Positions 1 through 8,907 are shown, numbered from the stretch's first letter. The stretch: DNA of 32,000 bases from Acaryochloris marina S15 (GCF_018336915.1 NZ_CP064923.1:1440001-1472000); one strand, 5' to 3'. Made by a program: numbers and translations. The notes: generated by a model not told the origin, from the sequence alone.

Positions 1-89
1 CCACCCAATTGGCTCATCCAATCTCAGTAGTTATGACAAGTATGAACTAGCCCATAGCAGGGGTAGTTCAAGAAGCCTGTACCTACCAT

Positions 90-305
90 CTAACCTTCGC
101 GGTTGATGAAAGGAAGCAATGCAACGACTCGAGCCTGCTTGATGGCACGGGTCAAATCTCGCTGTTGGCGAGCAGTGAGGCCAGTAATCCGTCGAGGCAA
201 AATCTTGCCGCGTTCTGTGATAAAGCGACGGAGTAGATCAACATCCTTGTAATCAATCGGATCACCTGGCTTGATCGGAGAAACACGGCGACGATAGTAA
301 GGCAT
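90..305 (-). CDS. rpsR: 30S ribosomal protein S18
   Basis: The 71-aa ORF has the S18 core [49 protein letters not shown]. Its size and its position directly downstream of rpmG on the same strand are typical. Confidence 0.95.
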   Translation of the reverse strand: MPYYRRRVSPIKPGDPIDYKDVDLLRRFITERGKILPRRITGLTARQQRDLTRAIKQARVVALLPFINREG

Positions 306-337
306 AAGGTCTTGATGAACGTTTAATAGGTGGACAA

Positions 338-526
338 CTACTTGATTTCTTTGTGGTTCGTATGCTTATTGCAATGGGTACAGAATTTCTTCAGTTCCAG
401 ACGAGACGTGGTATTTCGTCTATTTTTTGTGGTTGTGTACCGGGATACCCCTGGTGATCGCTTATTGGAGTTGGACCGACATTCGGTACATTCCAATGTG
501 ACGATGATCCGAACACCTTTTGCCAT
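338..526 (-). CDS. rpmG: 50S ribosomal protein L33
   Basis: The 62-aa ORF has a zinc-ribbon type L33 pattern: CTEC...CTHC plus [20 protein letters not shown]. It forms an rpmG-rpsR pair. Confidence 0.95.
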   Translation of the reverse strand: MAKGVRIIVTLECTECRSNSNKRSPGVSRYTTTKNRRNTTSRLELKKFCTHCNKHTNHKEIK

Positions 527-628
527 GTGTTTTTACCGCATCAAAATTTCTAATTGGACACAAACGATAATTATCTCATGATTGATCGAAAATCAGCTAC
601 TTTTTTTTTACGTTTTTCAATACTGCAA

Positions 629-1999
629 TTATCCCTCACCTATTTGATCTACAGGAGCTGACTGTCGAGACAACCGATGGTAAACCTTGACAAGATCTTC
701 CGATTGGCCAACATTCCCCGGAAATAAAACCACCAGCATTTGAGGGAAATCATGATTCGGTGCAGTTTGCACGACACAACACCCAGGCAAAACTTGGCCC
801 AATAGTCTGACAGAAGACAAGTTTAGACCGCGAGCCAAAATAACATTCGAGGTCATTCCTCCTTTGCTCACTAAGTACCCTAGATGAGTGGGCAGTTGTT
901 GCACAATATCTGCTAACAAACTAGTAACCCGGACACTAAACCGGAGTCGCTCTAGCAAATCTGAAAAGTCTAGAGGTTGGCGACTCGTATAAATCACGGG
1001 TGTATTGTGTCGGTGCAGCATGGCATCAACTTTCTCCAAAACCTGGGCTTTGATCAGGTTGCTATCCACTTCGCTATTTTGGAGGGGAGTGAGATTAATT
1101 TCGATTCCCGCGACTTGAGGCAAGGCTAATAAGGCCGTGAGTTGAGTCGTCGTTCTCTGGACGTAGGAGCCGACGATAAAAACCCCTGGATAAGCACTTT
1201 GAACCGTTTGCCCCATTGTTTCTGCTGGAATGGGTTGGGGAGGTAGATTTCCAAATGCGGTCAGTAGGCTGGCTGCACTGCGAAATAAAAACCGTTTTCC
1301 CTGAGCAGAAGCCAATAGGGTTCGTTGAGCAAAACGATCGAGATCGGCTTGAACGGCTGCATCTACAACTGCATATTGGTTGTCTTGCAATCCCATTAAT
1401 CGCTCTAAGCTGGTTGCTTCAGGTTCATTCGTTGGAAAATAGGAGACTTGGGAGGCAGAAACTCGCCCCTCTGTTTTCTCGGCGATATAGTCTGCAAGAA
1501 AACTATGGCAATAGCCAAAAACGGGATCTTGGGCAAATTCAGTTTCGTGAACCGGAACAAGCTGATCTTGAGTTTGGATATAGTGAATACCGTTTTGGGT
1601 GATTCTGCCCCCTTCTAGGAAGGCCGGAACCAGGAACTGAGCATCAAAGGGGCCAAGTTCTTCCGTGATCACATCCGTCTCTAAAGGGTAATGACCCCGT
1701 AAGGTTGAGTCTGAACGGCTAACGATTAAATAGCGTGTGAGACAGTCTTTGCTATCTGTCGCAGATTGGATTTGCGCCATTGCCATCTTTAAATTGCGGC
1801 ACACTTCCCGAGTGACTTGGGCTGCTTCTTCAGCCGATCGAGCACGGGTATTGGTCAAGATAAACAAAAGTGGCGACGCGTCTAATAACCCCTGGCAGAG
1901 AGTTTCTACATCCCACTGCAGCAATAACAAGCAACTATGGACGGTTTGCGATCCAGTTGGATCATCATCCAACACCACAATTTTGGGAGAGTCAGCCAT
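629..1999 (-). CDS. Four-carbon acid sugar kinase family protein (DUF1537; OtnK/DtnK/4-hydroxythreonine kinase-like)
   Basis: The 456-aa ORF has an N-terminal VVLDDDPTGSQTV motif and the two-domain length typical of DUF1537 kinases. It starts 4 nt after the stop of the upstream PNPOx-like gene, so the two are probably an operon. Confidence 0.7.
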   Translation of the reverse strand: MADSPKIVVLDDDPTGSQTVHSCLLLLQWDVETLCQGLLDASPLLFILTNTRARSAEEAAQVTREVCRNLKMAMAQIQSATDSKDCLTRYLIVSRSDSTLRGHYPLETDVITEELGPFDAQFLVPAFLEGGRITQNGIHYIQTQDQLVPVHETEFAQDPVFGYCHSFLADYIAEKTEGRVSASQVSYFPTNEPEATSLERLMGLQDNQYAVVDAAVQADLDRFAQRTLLASAQGKRFLFRSAASLLTAFGNLPPQPIPAETMGQTVQSAYPGVFIVGSYVQRTTTQLTALLALPQVAGIEINLTPLQNSEVDSNLIKAQVLEKVDAMLHRHNTPVIYTSRQPLDFSDLLERLRFSVRVTSLLADIVQQLPTHLGYLVSKGGMTSNVILARGLNLSSVRLLGQVLPGCCVVQTAPNHDFPQMLVVLFPGNVGQSEDLVKVYHRLSRQSAPVDQIGEG

Positions 2000-2003
2000 C
2001 CCT

Positions 2004-2552
2004 TCAGTCCTCTGCCATCAACCCCGTCGGATAGCCATCAATGCTGACCTGATTTTTCTGGGCTTGATATTCTTGCAGGCCAGCCTTTCCTTTTTGAGTC
2101 GCCCAATTGATCAACTGGTCTCGATCGCCTTGGTATTCGTAAAGAGGAACACCAAACCCACAGGAAGTTTGGACAGATTCGATATGCAGCACGACAATCT
2201 GCCGGGTTCCGGGTAGAAGATCGAACGGTTTTATCCGGTCAGACCAGGTGCGATCCCACGGACGAATCACCTCTCCTTGCCCGTACAAACGCAGAATTAA
2301 TGGATCCCCGACAAAGCTACAAAACATAATGGTTAACCGCCCATTCTCAGCCACATGGGCACTCGTCTCATTGCCACTACCCGTCAAATCTAGATAAGCA
2401 ACTTCAGTTGCTCCCAGACATCTGAACGTATTCATGCCCTTAGGAGATAAATTGACACGGCCCTGAGACGGAGCCGATGCCGCGAAAAATATTTGTTGCT
2501 TTTGAATAAATGCTTGCAACGTTGGAGTTAGCTCAGAATAAAACTTGGCCAT
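2004..2552 (-). CDS. Pyridoxamine 5'-phosphate oxidase family (FMN-binding split-barrel) protein
   Basis: The 182-aa ORF has an N-terminal pattern (FFAASAPSQGRVNLSPKG...YLDLTGSGNET..H) recalled from PNPOx-related split-barrel proteins. The assignment rests on family resemblance only. Confidence 0.6.
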   Translation of the reverse strand: MAKFYSELTPTLQAFIQKQQIFFAASAPSQGRVNLSPKGMNTFRCLGATEVAYLDLTGSGNETSAHVAENGRLTIMFCSFVGDPLILRLYGQGEVIRPWDRTWSDRIKPFDLLPGTRQIVVLHIESVQTSCGFGVPLYEYQGDRDQLINWATQKGKAGLQEYQAQKNQVSIDGYPTGLMAED

Positions 2553-2809
2553 GACGCGGTTGAGGGAAACTTTGAAAATTCTTAGACAAAAATAGCCACA
2601 TCAAATATAAAAAAAATATAAAAATCAAGCAAAATGAGTGAAGTTAAACGGCGATACGCTCTGTTTGAAGCAGGGTATAGCTTAGATAGCTCAGAATTAG
2701 CCATTTTTTGGGTACCAATCTGATTAACTGTCCCAAATGGGCTTGTGCAAATTTCCTATGTTCTCGATAATATTAGCTGGAAAGTATAAATACTTAGAGA
2801 AACAATATT

Positions 2810-3304
2810 ATGTTCCGACTCAAATCCGCCTTAATCATAGGACTTTTAAGCGCTCTTTCCCTCACTGCTTGTAGTGAAGCAGGCGATGCCGTTAAGGATA
2901 CTGCCGACAAAGCCAAAGAGACTGCTGCTGAAACCACTGAGAAGGTAACAGATACCGCAACTGAAACTGCAGAAAAAGCCAAAGATACCGTTTCAGATAC
3001 CGTTAACAAAGGTGCAGACCTCGTTGCCCTCAAAGATAACGTTTCCACTATGAAGGACGGCGTTACCTCAACCCTAGACGCTGCAAAATCTGGAGATTTT
3101 GACACTGCAAAAACAGAATTTGCCAAAGTACAAGATGCTTGGCCTGCACTCAAAGACAGCATCAAGCCTGACTCTGCTCAATCCATTCAAGATGGTATTG
3201 AGAACGTCAAGACTAGCCTAGGTGAAGGCGAGCCCAATAAGGACAAAGTTGTTGGCGAACTGACCAACCTGCTGAAGTCTGTTACAGGCATCAAGCTAGG
3301 CTAG
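2810..3304 (+). CDS. Lipoprotein of unknown function with K/E/T/A-rich repetitive N-terminal half
   Basis: The 164-aa ORF has a signal peptide ending in the lipobox LSLTAC. It then has reiterated DT(A/V)xKAKET/TEKV segments, followed by a helical-looking C-terminal half. A hairpin terminator lies downstream. Confidence 0.7.
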   Translation: MFRLKSALIIGLLSALSLTACSEAGDAVKDTADKAKETAAETTEKVTDTATETAEKAKDTVSDTVNKGADLVALKDNVSTMKDGVTSTLDAAKSGDFDTAKTEFAKVQDAWPALKDSIKPDSAQSIQDGIENVKTSLGEGEPNKDKVVGELTNLLKSVTGIKLG

Positions 3305-3339
3305 AGTTTCATTTTTTAAACTTGTAATCAATGCTAAGG

Positions 3340-3365
3340 GCTAGAAAACGTTTGTATTTTCTAGC
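3340..3365 (+). terminator. Stem-loop downstream of the lipoprotein gene
   Basis: GCTAGAAAA (3340-3348) and TTTTCTAGC (3357-3365) form a perfect 9-bp stem with an 8-nt loop. CTTTCG follows, so the U-tract is weak. Confidence 0.45.
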
Positions 3366-3436
3366 CTTTCGTATATCTTCTCAAGAGATTGAACAGCCCA
3401 ATCGTTGTTTGTCAGCAGCAGATTGGGCCATCATAG

Positions 3437-4036
3437 TTACTCAAAATCAGGACTAACCTGAAAGGCTGGATCGAGCAGTCGGACTTCATAGGCTTCATCA
3501 GGCGCAATGGTCCATAGAGTATCGGCAAAGGTAACGGATTGTCCTGGCGCGATGATACTGGGTTGGGGTTGAGCACTGCCCGTTTGCAACAAATTCCCCC
3601 TTCTATCCAGAATTTCATAGTTCACGGCTAAAACAGTCACTGGTCTATCATTTTCATTCGTGAGAATTCCAGATAAGTGAGAGGAGCCGTTGAGCTGAAT
3701 GATGTAGTCTAAGCCAATATCTTCGACCTTAAGATTGCGAAGGATCTTGTTCAGCTTGACTTCTCGATTGGTACGGGCAGCATAATTGGACTGAACTGGT
3801 GATTTCGGCCTAGCACGCTCCGCCGCTTGGTTGAGATTGAGTAACTGCTGCCAATAGGATTGAAATTGCTGTTTTTGCTCCGCCGTCTCGCCAATAATGA
3901 CTATATCTTGCTCAGCCTGGGCAACAGTGGGGAATACGAAGGGCAGCATTGTTAAACAACTCAACAGAACTTTCAGCAGGGTTGGAGAAGTGCGGTTTAT
4001 CATTTCGCTCTCAGCCTTTTTATCACGAGTATTCAA
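3437..4036 (-). CDS. Secreted hypothetical protein (signal peptide, Q-rich helix, beta-rich C-terminal domain)
   Basis: The 199-aa ORF has a hydrophobic leader LLKVLLSCLTMLPFVFPTVAQA. The C-terminal roughly 90 aa alternate in a beta-sandwich-like way (VTVLAVNYEILDRRGNLL...IAPGQSVTF). The true start may be the internal Met12. No family is recognised with confidence. Confidence 0.55.
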   Translation of the reverse strand: MNTRDKKAESEMINRTSPTLLKVLLSCLTMLPFVFPTVAQAEQDIVIIGETAEQKQQFQSYWQQLLNLNQAAERARPKSPVQSNYAARTNREVKLNKILRNLKVEDIGLDYIIQLNGSSHLSGILTNENDRPVTVLAVNYEILDRRGNLLQTGSAQPQPSIIAPGQSVTFADTLWTIAPDEAYEVRLLDPAFQVSPDFE

Positions 4037-4201
4037 GTCCCCTTTTCAACCCTAACGAACGGAAACTGGAATGAGTGTGATCAGTCATAAATCTTGCAGA
4101 GTAGCGTTTGCATGTCTCCAATGCTTGAAACAGTCCATACATCAGGCGTGGTAAGGGTTTTTAGATTGTTATCACCCCATCTGCTTCATGAGGATGAATG
4201 A

Positions 4202-4528
4202 ATGGTCAACGCCTATGGGGCCTTTGAGCAAGGGGGAATCCTTCAACCCTACGAGTATGAACCTGGTCCGTTGGGAAGCCAACAGGTGGATATCCAAGTT
4301 ACATATTGCGGCATCTGCCACAGCGACCTCAGCATGATCCAAAATGAGTGGGGGATGACCCAGTATCCCTTTGTGCCTGGCCATGAGATTGCTGTTAAAG
4401 TGCTGGGTTTTGCGGCTCGGCATACCCTTATGCCCCAGACTGAGGTATTTCCCTTTGCCCAAGTCAATGAAGCGCTAGATAAATTACGCGGTCAGCCCCC
4501 TCCCTATCGATTGGTCCTGAAGTGCTAA
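4202..4528 (+). pseudogene. Zn-dependent (MDR family) alcohol dehydrogenase remnant with in-frame internal deletion
   Basis: The 108-aa ORF starts with about 65 aa of a GroES-like ADH N-terminus ([28 protein letters not shown]). This joins directly to an ADH C-terminal tail (VLGFAARH...[27 protein letters not shown]). The whole Rossmann domain, about 230 aa, is missing. Confidence 0.7.
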
Positions 4529-5427
4529 GTCCAAACAGCTCTGAATCCCCCCCAAAGATTCTGATTACCGGTGCCAGTGGCTTTCTGGGGTGGTATCTCT
4601 GTCAAGTTGCTCAAGCCAGCTGGCAGGTTTTTGGCACAGCTTATTCCCATACCATTCAAGTGCCAGGATGTTCCATGGTGACTGTCGATTTACGCAATTT
4701 TGCCGACCTCAAACAGGTTCTGCAGACGGTTCAACCATATGCGATTATTCACGCTGCAGCCCAAGGGCGTCCTCATGTTTGTCAAGCTGAGCCTGAAGCT
4801 ACCTATGTCATCAATGTGAAAGCCTCTTGGCATTTAGCTGATTTGTGTGCGGAATATCGGATTCCACTACTATTTGTCTCAACCGATCTGGTTTTTGATG
4901 GGCAACATCCACCCTATAAGGAATCTGATGCTGTTTGCCCCCTTAATACTTACGGAGAGCAAAAGGTATTAGCAGAGCAGGGAATGTTGGAGCGCTATCC
5001 TTCAACCATCATTGCTCGTATGCCGCTCATGTTTGGTGTTGCATCCCATGCTTCCAGCTTTATTCAACCGATGATACAAAATCTAGAGACTGGCCAAGCT
5101 TTGCAATTGTTCGAGGATGAGTTTCGGACCCCTGTCAGCGGATTAGATGCAGCTCGTGGCATTCTGTTGGCCTTGGTCAAAGGTGAAGGATATATTCATT
5201 TAGGTGGAAAGGAACGTCTCTCCAGATATGAAATGGGGCAACAGCTAGCAAATTGCTTAGGATACTCTGAATCTCTATTGGCAGGCTGTTCCCAGCAAGA
5301 TGTATCACTTTCTACGCCTCGACCTGCAGATGTTTCTTTAGACAGTTCCCTCGCTTATTCCCTGGGCTATAACCCTAAGTTATTCGGCCAATCACTGTGC
5401 CACATGCTGACACCACCTAGTCCTTAA
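4522..5427 (+). CDS. NAD(P)-dependent SDR, RmlD (dTDP-4-dehydrorhamnose reductase)-like
   Basis: The 301-aa ORF has the glycine-rich [11 protein letters not shown] motif, STDLVFDG and the catalytic YGEQK (YxxxK). Its GTG start overlaps the end of the ADH remnant by 7 nt. Confidence 0.8.
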   Translation: MLSPNSSESPPKILITGASGFLGWYLCQVAQASWQVFGTAYSHTIQVPGCSMVTVDLRNFADLKQVLQTVQPYAIIHAAAQGRPHVCQAEPEATYVINVKASWHLADLCAEYRIPLLFVSTDLVFDGQHPPYKESDAVCPLNTYGEQKVLAEQGMLERYPSTIIARMPLMFGVASHASSFIQPMIQNLETGQALQLFEDEFRTPVSGLDAARGILLALVKGEGYIHLGGKERLSRYEMGQQLANCLGYSESLLAGCSQQDVSLSTPRPADVSLDSSLAYSLGYNPKLFGQSLCHMLTPPSP

Positions 5428-5444
5428 AGGTAGGTAGGGCTGGT

Positions 5445-5777
5445 CTAGCTTCCCAACATAAAGGCAATCACAAATAAGCCATAGGTGAGTCCCAACTTAA
5501 AGGTATTCAATGCCTCTCCCCAGAGGGCTTTGCGAGCGTTGCCACGGTTTTGATGAAAGATCCAGCTCACTACTTCTGTAAATAACAAGACTAGGGCTGC
5601 AACGGTGATATCGAGGTAGGCTAACTGACCTGCGATCGCAGCAAAGGATACGCCGATATAAATTCCAAACAGCAGGGCAATCACCAGCACTGAAATTCGC
5701 CGCCAAGGGTTGCGCAGCTCCTGTTTCAGTTGCTGACCTAAACCAGAAACTAAGGTATTGAGACGGGTATTCTGCAT
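5445..5777 (-). CDS. DUF565 / Ycf20-like membrane protein
   Basis: The 110-aa ORF has two or three hydrophobic helices and an N-terminal NTRLNTL...NPWRR pattern recalled from cyanobacterial and plastid Ycf20-like proteins. Confidence 0.65.
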   Translation of the reverse strand: MQNTRLNTLVSGLGQQLKQELRNPWRRISVLVIALLFGIYIGVSFAAIAGQLAYLDITVAALVLLFTEVVSWIFHQNRGNARKALWGEALNTFKLGLTYGLFVIAFMLGS

Positions 5778-5795
5778 CAGAAACGCTCCTAGCAG

Positions 5796-6146
5796 TTATA
5801 AATGGACCTGGGTTGAAATCCAGTTGAGATAGGACATCGAACCTGCCGTAACAGGCAAAGCAATGACTTCCGGCACATCATAGGTGTGCAATTCACGCAC
5901 TTTAGCTTCTAAAGTCGTAAATTTATCCTGTTGAGTCTTGATCACCAACTGCCATTCTTGATCATGATGCACCTGTTTATCCCAGGTATAGATAGATGAG
6001 ACGGGAAATAGACTGACACAGGCAGCTAGGTGATCACGCACGAGATGATTTGCGATCGCAACCGCTTCATCCTCGGAAGAGGTAGTCACCATCACCACAA
6101 TAGCGTCTGTAGCCATGCTCGAAAATAACTTGTTAGGATTAACCAC
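5796..6146 (-). CDS. cutA: Divalent-cation tolerance protein CutA
   Basis: The 116-aa ORF has the CutA1 core: VVMVTTSSEDEAVAIANHLVRDHLAACVSL.PVSSIYTWDKQV..DQEWQLVIKT....F..L...V.ELHTYDVPEVIALPV..GS..YLNWI. Confidence 0.85.
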   Translation of the reverse strand: MVNPNKLFSSMATDAIVVMVTTSSEDEAVAIANHLVRDHLAACVSLFPVSSIYTWDKQVHHDQEWQLVIKTQQDKFTTLEAKVRELHTYDVPEVIALPVTAGSMSYLNWISTQVHL

Positions 6147-6327
6147 AGTGTATCGGCTATTCGCTCAAATCTGGCAGGGAAGCACTCTTGACATCGCAGT
6201 TATTGAATCTCACTAGCATTTAGTCCTTCTCAAATATCGTGCTCGGCTTCAGCATTAACCTTTATAGGTGTGTTGCTGAATTTTATGTTGCAGCCTCAAT
6301 ATCTATCGCACTTCACAAGGGGCATCC

Positions 6328-7971
6328 ATGCAAATTATCTGGCTTCTTATCAAAGCGTCTTGGGTCAGTGCGACCTTAGCAATTCTGACTGGAATCATCA
6401 GCGGGATTTGTAGTGCACGACTGATTGCTTTGGTTAATTCTGCCATTAGCCAAAACTCTACCCAGTCACTGCTAATCTCCTTTGCCGGATTGTCTATTTT
6501 GGCCTTTGTGACCGGGAGCCTATCTCAGTTTCTACTGGTTGATCTGGCCCAAAATTCTGTCTATCAATTGCGCTTGCGTCTGAGTCAGCGAATTCTCACC
6601 TCTTCCCTACGGCAGTTAGAACAGTTAGGCCCCAGCCGACTGTTTGCGGTCTTAACCAAAGACGTACAGGCCATTTCTAATACCGTTTTTGTTATTCCAT
6701 TCTTGTGTATTGACGTTGCGGTCGTAGGCGGATGCTTGATCTATCTGGGTTGGTTATCGATTTGGGTTTTTCTAATTGTGGTAGCCTTTATGGCCGTTGC
6801 GATTCCCTTGGTCCAGCTGTTGCTCAACTTCGCCTATCGCTATTTGAATCTGGCCCGCCAAGAAGATGATCAACTGTTTACCCATTTTCGTAGCATCACC
6901 GATGGCCTAAAAGAACTGAAGCTGCATTCTGTCCGAAGACAAACTTTTTTTACCGAAGATCTATCTGTCAGTGCGGCTAAATCGCGTCAATACCAAAAAA
7001 ATGCCTTTAAGTTTGTGGCATTATCTAGTGGTGGCGGCCAGTTTCTATTCTTTCTGCTACTTGGGGTACTTCTGTTTGGCATCCCCGAGATCTTACCTTC
7101 AACCCAGACCATTTTACCCGCCTATATCCTCACCCTGTCTTATCTAATGGGGCCTTTGGGAAATATTATCCAGCGCTTGCCAAATCTAGCTAGTGCCAAT
7201 GTCTCAATTCAAAAAGTCAACCAAATGGGATTGAAGCTGGCTAAAAATGCTGAGGTGGAAACGGTAGTTACAAAACCCACTCCCAAGGATTGGAACCAGT
7301 TGAAATTAGCAAAGGTTATCCATACCTATCAAGATCCAGCAGCAGAGCATCAATTTAGGGTTGGACCGATTGATCTGACGATCAATTCAGGAGAGTTAGT
7401 CTTTATTGTTGGGGGCAATGGTAGTGGCAAATCTACTTTGGCAAAGCTGATTACAGGTTTATACGTCCCGGAGTCAGGAGAGATCTGTTTGGATGCTGAG
7501 CCCATTGTATACACCAATCGTGAATGGTATCGGCAGCTTTTTTCGACGGTCTTTTCGGACTATTATCTATTTGAGCGATTAATCAGCGAGGAGTTCGCTA
7601 CCCTAGATGAACAAGCTCGGGCCTATTTACACAAGCTGGAACTAGAGCAAAAAGTCTCCGTACAGGATGGACAGCTATCCACCACAGGACTCTCTCAAGG
7701 TCAGCGAAAACGGTTAGCCCTATTGTCTGCCTATCTAGAAAATCGATCCATATACCTATTTGATGAATGGGCGGCAGACCAAGACCCCATTTTTCGGGAG
7801 ATCTTTTACACGCAACTGTTAGCTGAACTCAAGCAGCGAGGCAAAACTATAATCGTGATCAGCCATGACGACCATTTCTTCCATCTGGCCGATCGGATCA
7901 TCAAGCTTGATTACGGTCGCATTGAATCTGATGCGTATCTGGCTAGTGAAGTCCAGCAGAAGCTATCGTAA
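6328..7971 (+). CDS. Cyclic-peptide-type export ABC transporter (fused permease-ATPase; SyrD/YojI/PvdE-like)
   Basis: The 547-aa ORF has an N-terminal multi-TM domain, Walker A GGNGSGKST, signature LSQGQRKRLAL and the family-typical Walker B region IYLFDEWAADQDP. Confidence 0.85.
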   Translation: MQIIWLLIKASWVSATLAILTGIISGICSARLIALVNSAISQNSTQSLLISFAGLSILAFVTGSLSQFLLVDLAQNSVYQLRLRLSQRILTSSLRQLEQLGPSRLFAVLTKDVQAISNTVFVIPFLCIDVAVVGGCLIYLGWLSIWVFLIVVAFMAVAIPLVQLLLNFAYRYLNLARQEDDQLFTHFRSITDGLKELKLHSVRRQTFFTEDLSVSAAKSRQYQKNAFKFVALSSGGGQFLFFLLLGVLLFGIPEILPSTQTILPAYILTLSYLMGPLGNIIQRLPNLASANVSIQKVNQMGLKLAKNAEVETVVTKPTPKDWNQLKLAKVIHTYQDPAAEHQFRVGPIDLTINSGELVFIVGGNGSGKSTLAKLITGLYVPESGEICLDAEPIVYTNREWYRQLFSTVFSDYYLFERLISEEFATLDEQARAYLHKLELEQKVSVQDGQLSTTGLSQGQRKRLALLSAYLENRSIYLFDEWAADQDPIFREIFYTQLLAELKQRGKTIIVISHDDHFFHLADRIIKLDYGRIESDAYLASEVQQKLS

Positions 7972-7995
7972 CGCGCCCAGGTAATACCCTGTTTG

Positions 7996-8013
7996 CTCAG
8001 GAAACCTCCTGAG
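7996..8013. terminator. Short hairpin between convergent genes
   Basis: CTCAGGA-AACC-TCCTGAG forms a 7-bp stem followed by ATTTAATTTT. It lies between the ABC exporter stop (7971) and the PTPS-like stop (8032). Confidence 0.35.
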
Positions 8014-8031
8014 ATTTAATTTTCCCAAAAA

Positions 8032-8907
8032 CTAGCCCACTAATGCAGGTTCACTGACTCGACCAGAGAGCACTGGAGCCGTATCGAATAAGTCAGAGCA
8101 CAACACTTCGCAGGAGTTATTGGGACTTTCAATTAGCTTAATCCGATGGAGTTCCGCCCCAATATTGAGAATTGGCTCTCGCAGCAGCTGGGCAATATAA
8201 ACAGCAATATTTTCAGCCGTGGGCACCACGTCAGCAAAGTGAGGAATGTCCTTATTCAAGAATGTATGGTCAAGGGGTTCTAACACCACATCATCCACCA
8301 GATTTTGGAGGGCCACTAAATCCACAATCATGCCCGTCCGTTCATCCACCTCACCTTTGACAGTTATTTCCAGATGATAGTTATGGCCATGACCATTGGG
8401 CCGAGCGCATTTGCCATAGATTTCACAGTTTTCTTCAAAACTCAATTCGGGGAGTGCCAATCGATGCGCAGCACTAAAATGACTTCCAACAGTTAAATAG
8501 GCTTCCATGCCAGCTCCTTCGTAGTCGGCCCAAAGTTTGGGATGTTCAAAAAGTTGAATGTTTACGATTGGCAAGTGGGGTTCTAACCGTTGCCAGATTA
8601 CCCGCGCCAGATGCTCAGTCGTGGGCAGCGTTTCCTTAAACTCGGGCCATACCCCATTCAAATAGGAAAAATTGAGGGGGTCAGTGACCTCTCGCTTAAT
8701 CACTTGTTTGACATCTGAGAGATTTAAGACCATTCCATATTGATCTAACTCGCCCCACATGGAAACGAATAGTTCATAGTTGTGGCCATGGCCAGGCGCT
8801 CGAGTACATAGCCCAAATTTCTCCTGATTTTCTGGTTCAGATAGCTCAGGTAACCAATACCGATGGCTGGCAGAAAACTCAGCTCGTCGGTGGATGACAC
8901 ATTTCAT
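8032..8907 (-). CDS. Tandem-duplicated 6-pyruvoyl-tetrahydropterin / 6-carboxytetrahydropterin synthase (PTPS/QueD) family protein
   Basis: The 291-aa ORF has two PTPS-like halves. Each has the SA(S/A)HR motif, a Cys (GLCTRAPGHGHNYEL and GKCARPNGHGHNYHL) and the HGHNY zinc-ligand motif. Confidence 0.85.
   Translation of the reverse strand: MKCVIHRRAEFSASHRYWLPELSEPENQEKFGLCTRAPGHGHNYELFVSMWGELDQYGMVLNLSDVKQVIKREVTDPLNFSYLNGVWPEFKETLPTTEHLARVIWQRLEPHLPIVNIQLFEHPKLWADYEGAGMEAYLTVGSHFSAAHRLALPELSFEENCEIYGKCARPNGHGHNYHLEITVKGEVDERTGMIVDLVALQNLVDDVVLEPLDHTFLNKDIPHFADVVPTAENIAVYIAQLLREPILNIGAELHRIKLIESPNNSCEVLCSDLFDTAPVLSGRVSEPALVG

Noticed and set aside
330-581. 83-aa ORF on the + strand
   Set aside because: It lies entirely antisense to the well-supported rpmG gene and has no recognisable motif. 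It is a shadow ORF.
1216-2216. Two + strand ORFs (128 aa and 159 aa)
   Set aside because: They are antisense to the DUF1537 kinase and the PNPOx-like gene. Their sequences are unremarkable and lack motifs, while the minus-strand ORFs have clear family signatures.
2671-2700. tRNA-like D-arm string (GGTATAGCTTAGATAGCTCAGAATTAGCC)
   Set aside because: I could not find an acceptor stem, an anticodon arm or a GTTCRANYC T-loop in the surrounding sequence. It is not a tRNA.
2794-3165. 123-aa ORF on the - strand, rich in S/A/V/T
   Set aside because: It is the mirror image of the repetitive K/E/T/A-rich lipoprotein gene. The + strand ORF has a canonical signal peptide, a lipobox and a downstream hairpin.
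3412-3618. 68-aa ORF on the - strand
   Set aside because: It is an alternative frame inside the 199-aa secreted-protein ORF, and nothing supports it.
4172-4467. Two - strand ORFs (96 aa and 72 aa)
   Set aside because: They are antisense to the ADH remnant, whose + strand frame carries unmistakable ADH motifs.
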